A stretch of DNA of 24,000 nucleotides, from positions 138,189 through 162,188 of the forward strand of contig NZ_KB898629.1 of assembly GCF_000377705.1 (NCBI RefSeq), in the 5' to 3' direction. Origin of the DNA: Salsuginibacillus kocurii DSM 18087. GTDB lineage: Bacteria > Bacillota > Bacilli > Bacillales > Marinococcaceae. Below are positions 8,758 through 14,647 of this stretch, one piece after another (position 1 is the stretch's first letter; each line of letters starts with the position of its first letter). Under the pieces are notes generated by a model. It made no database searches. It was given only the letters and a program-made list of their open reading frames with translations, and was not told the DNA's origin. A program made the position numbers and the translations under genes.

Positions 8758-9377
8758 TCGAACTTAATAGGATAACCAAATCTTTTGGTGACGAGATTAT
8801 ATTCAATAATTTTTCTTTACATGTAGAAAAAAATGAATTTGTTGCTATCCTGGGTAAGAGTGGTTCTGGTAAAACCACTCTGCTTAATTTAATGGGTTCT
8901 CTTGAAAAACCAGATAGTGGTACCATCTCAATAATGGGGGTTACTAACCCATTTGGAAAAAAGTTAATGTTGTTGAGGAGATACAACATAGGGTATATAT
9001 TTCAACATTATTTTTTATTGGAAAATGAAACAGTGTATGAAAACTTAAAAATGGGAGCTATTTATAATAAAAAAATAGATAAAGATAGAATTGATAAAAT
9101 TATTACGGAGGTTGGCTTAGAACCATCTTTCTTGGATAAAAAGGTTTATAAGCTAAGTGGTGGGCAGCAACAAAGAGTAGCATTCGCACGGATAATGTTA
9201 AAGCCTTGTGAGATAATATTGGCAGATGAGCCCACAGGGAACTTGGATACTAACAATAAAGAGTTAATTATCTCCCTTCTAAATCACCTTAAAGACAGTG
9301 GCAAAACTATAATTTGTGTAACCCATGACAAAGAGGTTGCTACGAACTCGGATAGGATATTAGATATTTCCAATTAG
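8754..9377 (+). CDS. ABC transporter ATP-binding protein (lactococcin-972-group / MacB-LolD-like ATPase)
   Basis: Motifs present: Walker A GKSGSGKT, Q-loop IFQ, signature LSGGQQQR, Walker B IILADEPT, D-loop GNLD, H-loop VTHD. The ATGA overlap with the upstream stop suggests translational coupling. It has 207 aa and no fused TM domain. Confidence 0.9.
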   Translation: MIELNRITKSFGDEIIFNNFSLHVEKNEFVAILGKSGSGKTTLLNLMGSLEKPDSGTISIMGVTNPFGKKLMLLRRYNIGYIFQHYFLLENETVYENLKMGAIYNKKIDKDRIDKIITEVGLEPSFLDKKVYKLSGGQQQRVAFARIMLKPCEIILADEPTGNLDTNNKELIISLLNHLKDSGKTIICVTHDKEVATNSDRILDISN

Positions 9378-9393
9378 TGAGGTGCTTGCACTT

Positions 9394-9576
9394 ATGAAGA
9401 TTTTTACCTTAACGGCCATAAATTGTATATTAATATTACTTACAGTCTTTATACACAAAATAATATACCGTATACTTCTATTAGATTATGAGAGTTTGGT
9501 TTTGTATTGGGGATTATTTTTATTAGTATTTTTTCCTATGAGTCTAGTTGTAAATATAATATTTAACAAGAAATAA
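9394..9576 (+). CDS. Small hydrophobic two-TM protein (60 aa) of unknown function, last gene of the island operon
   Basis: GAGGTG (9380-9385) lies 8 nt before the ATG at 9394; the ORF-track start is GTG 9382. Sequence: MKIFTLTAINCILILLTVFIHKIIYRILLLDYESLVLYWGLFLLVFFPMSLVVNIIFNKK, giving two hydrophobic spans. It has the same strand and AT-rich composition as the cassette. No family was recognised. Confidence 0.45.
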   Translation: MKIFTLTAINCILILLTVFIHKIIYRILLLDYESLVLYWGLFLLVFFPMSLVVNIIFNKK

Positions 9577-9815
9577 TCACAACTGAATACGGCGGACGAT
9601 TCTTACCACCTTTTGCGAGGAAATGTACCACTCAGGAATTCTTTACCACACATGAAAAGAATGGATTAAATATTACCATTACCATTGGATAGAGCCGGTT
9701 GTGCCATTTGTAAGCCACTAAAAAGGAAGTCATCGCATTAAATATCGTGAATCGTTGTTTGAAGCAAAAAGTGTTCAAAATTAACGAGCAAAAATTGTTC
9801 ATTTCTACTTGACGG

Positions 9816-10295
9816 TTACAATTGCACAATAACGAGTGCAGAAAACCCTTTTTCTTTATGGATAGTGGATTGATTCAAAAACGATCTTGGTATAGTATGA
9901 CTCCATTCCCCATGACAGTTCTAAACTATCAGTTGTTGCTTCATAGGAAACTCTTTCTCCTGATTCTGCGTTCGAAACGTGAGGAAGAGCAACCCCGAGA
10001 GATTAGCTTCGTGCTGATCCATTGCCATATACATCAAGTCATCAATAATAACGAGATTTGCTTCACGGGTGCTGATAAATCAGGATGTTCCCTTAACCAA
10101 TCCAATATATATGATTGATACGGGTATAACTTTTTTTGTTCTTGTTTTCAGTGTTTTTACCCATTCGACCGTTTCATCGAATTGTTTCTCTAAATAAGCA
10201 TATACCGTGTTTCTTGAGAGTCCACATTTCCTCGCAATAGCAGCAATACTAAATCCTTCTTTTTTTAACTGATGAACATAAACATGTTTTCCAAT
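9816..10295 (-). pseudogene. Decayed IS21-family element: istA N-terminal HTH fragment fused by internal deletion to a frameshifted istB C-terminal fragment
   Basis: Manual minus-strand translation gives three pieces:
- IGKHVYVHQLKKEGFSIAAIARKCGLSRNTVYAYLEKQFDETVEWVKTLKTRTKK, an IstA-type HTH;
- a frameshift to LYPYQSYILDWLREHPDLSA;
- then LVIIDDLMYMAMDQHEANL... (IstB Walker-B region), ...ATTDSLELSWG... and ...STIHKEKGFS..., spread over three frames.
There is no ATG start (TAA precedes an ATT codon). Confidence 0.6.
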
Positions 10296-10444
10296 TTACT
10301 CACCTTTCGTAGCCCCCTGATCCCCACTCAATATTTCCATTAAGTGTACATGATCAAAAGGAAGTAGTAACGAAAAGTGTTCAATTCTATCAAGCAGAAT
10401 GTGTTAACTTTAATCTAGCAGTTACATGAGTATGGGTCTGCTTC

Positions 10445-11047
10445 AATCATAGCTTGTCCAGCTGCGAGCGCCATTGGCTTGTGATCCCTTTTCCCCGCCC
10501 TGCGGCGGCAACAGCCTCCTCGGCGGGGAAGAAGGGCCCTGCGCCAATGGTCAGGCGCCCTCCGCTTTTCGATGTCTAGCTTCAAGCGGCAGGGGCTCGA
10601 GGTCAAAAGTCGCGCCCTTTCAAAGCCAAAAAGCGGCTTTGTGCAGCGCTCGCCTTTTGCTTGACCCCTAGCGCCGCTTTCCGCTTTTCTGTCTAGCTTC
10701 GGGCGTTAGCGGCTTGCAATCGCTTCTGGACCGGACTGCGGCGGACGCGTCCTCCTCGCCGGTTAAGAAGCGTGCTGCGCCGCTACCCAAACGCCCTCCG
10801 CTTTTCTGTCCAGCTTCGCGGACTAACGGCTTGAGATCCCTTTCTCCCACCCTGCGGCGGCAACAGCCTCCTCGGTGGGAGAGAAGGGCTCTGCGCCGCT
10901 GAGCAAGCCCGCTCCGCTTTTCTGTCTAGCTGCGGCGCCTAGATGCTCGAGGTTTTTTCTGCCCCTGACTTCGAGGAGCGAGCTCCTCTGCGCAGGTGCT
11001 GAAAAACTTGTCGCCTCTAAGCAAGGCGCCTTCGCTTTTCTGTCTAC
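10445..11047. repeat. Tandem array of GC-rich repeat units with a period of about 117 bp (5 units plus partial ends), in two unit subtypes
   Basis: The core TCCGCTTTTCTGTCYAGCT starts at 10561 (with a 2-nt insertion), 10680, 10797, 10913 and 11031 (partial). Spacings are 119, 117, 116 and 118 nt. Type A units (about 10445-10560, 10680-10796, 10797-10912) share CTGCGGCGGCAACAGCCTCCTC inside a long hairpin. Type B units (10561-10679, 10913-11030) share GCTCGAGGT. Spot GC is 73% for 10501-10560. Confidence 0.85.
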
Positions 11048-11541
11048 CTGATCCAGCCGGGGTGCCATTGGAAATGGGTGTTGGTTGGTTCGGAGGGAGG
11101 ATCGAAAATAAATGATGGGTAGGGTAGGGAGAGAGCGGGGGTGTAGTCTGGTGAGATGAATTTGAGTGATTTCAAATCTGGGTTGGTTGGGAAATGTTCA
11201 TCGCTGTATACACGGCATTCAAAGACGATCAGTGTGTACTCCACTTGATCGCCGTTTGGATCTTCGTATTGAAAGTCTTCGCCGCCGAAGACACCGGTCA
11301 GCTGGGTAGGGACTACGTCGAGCCCGGTGTCTTCACGTACTTCACGGATTAGAGCTTGGGCAGGTGCCTCTCCGGGTTCAATGGCCCCAGATGGCAGGCT
11401 CCATCCTTCAATTGTTCCATTATCTTTAAATAAAATTTGTCCTTCTTCATTACGGATGATAGCGGCGACACTTGGCATAAACACTCTTTCCTGGCCGATT
11501 TTTTGACGCAGTTTTTTATAATAGCTTGACATGTGCATCAC
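11044..11541 (-). CDS. Nudix hydrolase
   Basis: Nudix box GAIEPGEAPAQALIREVREDTGL fits GX5EX7REUXEEXGU. It has 165 aa. Its stop codon (11044-11046) lies inside the last partial repeat core of the array. Confidence 0.85.
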   Translation of the reverse strand: MMHMSSYYKKLRQKIGQERVFMPSVAAIIRNEEGQILFKDNGTIEGWSLPSGAIEPGEAPAQALIREVREDTGLDVVPTQLTGVFGGEDFQYEDPNGDQVEYTLIVFECRVYSDEHFPTNPDLKSLKFISPDYTPALSLPYPSFIFDPPSEPTNTHFQWHPGWIR

Positions 11542-11681
11542 TTCCTCCAGTTAAGGGTTTAGAGGGGCGAAACAGTTATCTGTTGGCAAGGACACGCCGT
11601 TGGTCCGGTCGCCTCATTTACACCGATTCGCGAGAAATTCAAAATGTCCTTTAATCTGACGCAAATTCCGCGCAGTGTCGA

Positions 11682-12059
11682 TCAGCTTACTAAAAAAAAG
11701 CCGACCGCAAACAGCAGCAGGGATCCTGCAAAGGAGAGCGTAATATAGGCGAAGCAGGCGCCTAACCTGCGTTTTTCTAAAAGCTGAAAGGCTTCGACAC
11801 TAAAGGTGGAGAAGGTGGTAAAAGCGCCGAAAAATCCGAGTCCGATGGTAAGGTAAAGGGTGTCGCTGTAAATGTCAAAAGGGACGCTGCTGTAGTTGAA
11901 TCCAATAAAAAGGCCGAGCCCGAGCGCGCCGAGGATGTTTACGACGAGCATGGCAGTTGGAAAAGGAGGATTCGGCACTGCTGACATCACGGCTTTGCCG
12001 AGCAGGTAACGGAGAATGGAGCCGGCAGCGCCTCCGAGCATGAGGAGGGTGATGTTCAT
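11682..12059 (-). CDS. crcB: Fluoride ion channel CrcB/FluC (paralog 2 of a tandem pair)
   Basis: 125 aa with four TMs. Motifs: GGAAGSILRY, VNILGALGLG and GAFTTFSTFSVE. Its start overlaps the upstream crcB stop by 4 nt. Confidence 0.9.
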   Translation of the reverse strand: MNITLLMLGGAAGSILRYLLGKAVMSAVPNPPFPTAMLVVNILGALGLGLFIGFNYSSVPFDIYSDTLYLTIGLGFFGAFTTFSTFSVEAFQLLEKRRLGACFAYITLSFAGSLLLFAVGFFLVS

Positions 12060-12466
12060 AAGTGTTGCCCCCTTTGTGGCTGCTTGGAACTCTTAGCAAT
12101 ACGTTCGCCGAGCAAAAATCCGGCGAAGGCCAGGAGGACCCCGCCAAATAATGTAATGGTTATGTACAAGGCCACAGCGCTGGTGGAGCTGGTGTCGGCG
12201 AGTAAAAAGGTGTCGGAGGCGATGGTGGAAAACGTTGTATAACCGCCACATAAACCTACGCCGAGTCCAGCCTTCACCCATTCTTTCGGGGTACGCAAGG
12301 CAAAAAATCCAGTGAGAGCGCCGAGCAATAGGCTGCCGCTTAAATTTTCAATGACAGTCCCTAGCGGCAGACCGGTGGCAAGGGTGGAGAGATTGATGCC
12401 ATAACGAAGGAGGGTACCAAGCGCGCCTCCAATCCCTATGGCTACTATAATTTTAAACATAAGCAT
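12056..12466 (-). CDS. crcB: Fluoride ion channel CrcB/FluC (paralog 1 of a tandem pair)
   Basis: Motifs: GIGGALGTLLRY, ENLSGSLLLG and GGYTTFSTIASD. I place the start at the internal ATG (MLMFKIIV..., 12466) rather than the ORF-track 12505, because CrcB proteins begin just before the first TM. Confidence 0.85.
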   Translation of the reverse strand: MLMFKIIVAIGIGGALGTLLRYGINLSTLATGLPLGTVIENLSGSLLLGALTGFFALRTPKEWVKAGLGVGLCGGYTTFSTIASDTFLLADTSSTSAVALYITITLFGGVLLAFAGFLLGERIAKSSKQPQRGQHL

Positions 12467-12780
12467 CGCCTCAGTTAAGGAAAGATGTCTCCCAAATGGT
12501 AACACATTACAGGTTGTACAGTTACATAGAATTTATTAGTCTGCCAAAAGAATTTGGCAAAACTCTTGCAATCGACAGGCTGCAATCGTACATTGAGATT
12601 GTTTCAGCGAATGATGTAGAAATATCGGAGTAGAAAGGTGGGTTGCGCAAACATCAATCGTTTTGCTCAACCGTGAGAAGAAGTACGTGTTCTTTCACTG
12701 GGAACGGGTCCGGAGCTCTTCTTAAGAAGCATAGGCACTGCGCAAAGGAATAGTTCGTCTAATGTAATGTAAAAGGAGTA

Positions 12781-13989
12781 GTGACTGAAAAAGAGAAAGG
12801 AATTGTACATATGACAACGAAACAAGGCAACGGTTCAAAATGGGAGATTTTAAAAGTATCAACTCGACTGGGGTTTACGTCATTTGGGGGGCCGGTCGCG
12901 CATCTCGGTTATTTTCATGACGAGTATGTCAAGCGGCGCAAATGGCTGGATGAACAAAGTTATGCTGATTTGGTTGCTCTATCTCAATTTTTACCTGGTC
13001 CGGCCAGCAGCCAGGTTGGGATTGGAATTGGGGTAATGCGAGGGGGGATAAGTGGGGGCTTATTGTCTTTTTTAGGCTTTACGCTACCTTCCATCCTCTT
13101 GTTGATGATTTTTGCATTTATGTTTCAAACCACGAATGTAGCAGGGGCAGGCTGGATTGATGGCTTGAAGCTTGTGGCGGTGGCAGTGGTTGCTCATGCC
13201 ATTGTTGGAATGGGGAAAAAACTAGCGCCTGATAAGGAGCGGGCGACCATTTCGTTTGTCACGTTAATGATTTTACTCGTTTGGCAGACGGTGTATAGTC
13301 AAGTATTATTAATCGCGTTGGCTGCTTTAGTGGGCTTATGGCTTTACCGGAAAACAGCAGAGACAGAAGACTCATCGTTTATTGTACCTCTCACCCGCCG
13401 GTTTGGCGCCATATGTTTAGGTCTTTTTGGGGCTCTTCTTGGGCTTTTGCCATTGCTTCGTGCTGTCTTTGATGTTTATTTTCTTGAGCTTTTTGATAGC
13501 TTTTATCGTGCGGGTGCGCTAGTTTTTGGCGGAGGTCATGTGGTGCTCCCGCTTTTAGAACGGGAAATGGTCCCTGCCGGATTTACAACAGCAGAAGAAT
13601 TTTTGGCTGGGTACGGGGCTGCGCAAGCAGTGCCTGGTCCGCTTTTCACATTTGCATCGTACCTTGGGGTGATTGCTGATGGCTGGGTCGGAGGTGTTGT
13701 AGCAACGGTCGCTATCTTTTTGCCTGCTTTTTTATTGATTCTGGGGGCCCTTCCATTTTGGTCAGAGATGCGCCGCTATCCAAACATGCAAGCAGCCTTG
13801 TTTGGTGTGAATGCGTGTGTAGTTGGAATTTTGGCTGCAGCTTTTTATAATCCCATCCTAACCAGTGCGGTTACAACTGGTCTTGAAGCAGCTATCGCCG
13901 TTGGGCTCTTCGGTTTGCTTGCATATTGGAAAATGCCGGCTTGGGGCGTTGTTATCGTCGGTCTTCTTAGCGGTATTTTGCTATTGTAA
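12781..13989 (+). CDS. chrA: Chromate transporter ChrA (CHR family, two-domain long form)
   Basis: FTSFGGPVAHLGYFHDEYVKRRKWLDEQSYADLVALSQFLPGPASSQVG is the hallmark CHR N-terminal motif. The second half repeats it (VFGGGHVVLPLLE...AQAVPGPLFTFASYLG). The true start may be ATG 12811 (AAAGGA 9 nt upstream) rather than GTG 12781. Confidence 0.9.
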   Translation: MTEKEKGIVHMTTKQGNGSKWEILKVSTRLGFTSFGGPVAHLGYFHDEYVKRRKWLDEQSYADLVALSQFLPGPASSQVGIGIGVMRGGISGGLLSFLGFTLPSILLLMIFAFMFQTTNVAGAGWIDGLKLVAVAVVAHAIVGMGKKLAPDKERATISFVTLMILLVWQTVYSQVLLIALAALVGLWLYRKTAETEDSSFIVPLTRRFGAICLGLFGALLGLLPLLRAVFDVYFLELFDSFYRAGALVFGGGHVVLPLLEREMVPAGFTTAEEFLAGYGAAQAVPGPLFTFASYLGVIADGWVGGVVATVAIFLPAFLLILGALPFWSEMRRYPNMQAALFGVNACVVGILAAAFYNPILTSAVTTGLEAAIAVGLFGLLAYWKMPAWGVVIVGLLSGILLL

Positions 13990-14081
13990 AAAAGTGAAGA
14001 GATATAAATTTGAAAACAAGATTTTTGTTTAATAAAGGCTGGTTGCTCCATTGAAACACCGCGGGGCAGGGAGTGCTAATC

Positions 14082-14116
14082 AAAAAGGAGCTGACCTTCT
14101 AGGCCGGCTCCTTTTT
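14082..14116. terminator. Bidirectional intrinsic terminator between convergent chrA and tlp
   Basis: AAAAAGGAGCTGACC ttcta GGCCGGCTCCTTTTT. A 10-bp stem (one G-U pair, one mismatch) is flanked by an A-run and a T-run. Confidence 0.65.
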
Positions 14117-14146
14117 GAGTGCATTCCTATTATGAGCATAGCAGTG

Positions 14147-14377
14147 TTACTGGTGTTTTTGCTGATCATGCACTTCGTCTTTTAACTCTTCACGAAAGCC
14201 TTCTACCGCTTGCTCGCGACGTTCGTTTTTCGATTCGATCTGTTGTTTTTGTTCCTGGCTCATCTCTTCATCGTGTGCTTTTTCATAATCATGCGCTTCG
14301 TTACGGTTTTGAAGGGTCTCGTCAATCATTTCTTTTAAACGTTCCGGGTTGTTTGATCTGTCATCAGGTTTTGCCAT
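14147..14377 (-). CDS. tlp: Small acid-soluble spore protein Tlp
   Basis: MAKPDDRSNNPERLKEMIDETLQN...KNERREQAVEGFREELKDE matches the conserved PDDRS.N.E.L N-terminus and the charged C-terminal helix of Bacillus Tlp. GAAGGAGG lies 8 nt before the ATG at 14377. The ORF-track start at 14395 is upstream of the RBS. Confidence 0.75.
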   Translation of the reverse strand: MAKPDDRSNNPERLKEMIDETLQNRNEAHDYEKAHDEEMSQEQKQQIESKNERREQAVEGFREELKDEVHDQQKHQ

Positions 14378-14408
14378 GCTATGAACCTCCTTCACCAGTG
14401 TCGGTTTG

Positions 14409-14438
14409 TAGTTTGAGTGGAAGGGGAAGAAAATATAC
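14409..14438 (-). promoter_or_regulatory. Candidate forespore (sigma-G/F-type) promoter of tlp
   Basis: The minus strand reads GTATA - 18 nt - CAAACTA, ending about 30 nt upstream of the tlp ATG. This resembles the forespore sigma consensus (GnATA ... CAnnnTA). It is pattern-based only. Confidence 0.3.
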
Positions 14439-14647
14439 CTATCTTTTTTAACATCCAGAGTGATGTTTTACCCTGGGAAATTGTCTTACTCTCATGGCTG
14501 AATTTCCATAAATGTGGCGATTTTATGTGTCAAAAAGAGTGTTTACGAATTTTTTACATATAATTAATTTTCCTAATATTGAAACGATGTTTTCTTCCGT
14601 TTATAATTTTTTGTGTAATTCACAATATACGAACAGGAGGCGGTTGG

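Noticed and set aside
9822-10118. 98-aa ORF on the + strand, and 65-aa ORF at 9632-9829 on the - strand
   Set aside because: The + strand ORF is antisense to the IS21 istA'/'istB remnants, which give recognisable motifs on the minus strand. The 65-aa ORF covers the presumed IS end region. Neither has an RBS or recognisable family features.
10445-11047. Possible CRISPR array (short conserved core repeated at a regular spacing of about 117 nt)
   Set aside because: The sequences between cores are about 96 nt, far longer than CRISPR spacers. They are homologous to one another (type A and type B units), and there are no cas genes in the window. This is a tandem repeat of long units, not repeat-spacer architecture.
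10415-11068. Five overlapping ORFs of 60-81 aa on both strands (10415-10606, 10474-10671, 10668-10850, 10714-10902, 10823-11068)
   Set aside because: They lie entirely within the GC-rich tandem repeats and overlap each other on both strands. They have Arg/Ala/Pro/Gly-rich low-complexity translations and no RBS. They are artefacts of stop-codon-poor GC-rich DNA.
12467-12780. Expected fluoride riboswitch upstream of crcB
   Set aside because: I searched the minus-strand leader by eye for the conserved crcB-motif elements and found none. The only GGCGATG includes the start codon itself. It is not annotated; a covariance-model scan would be decisive.
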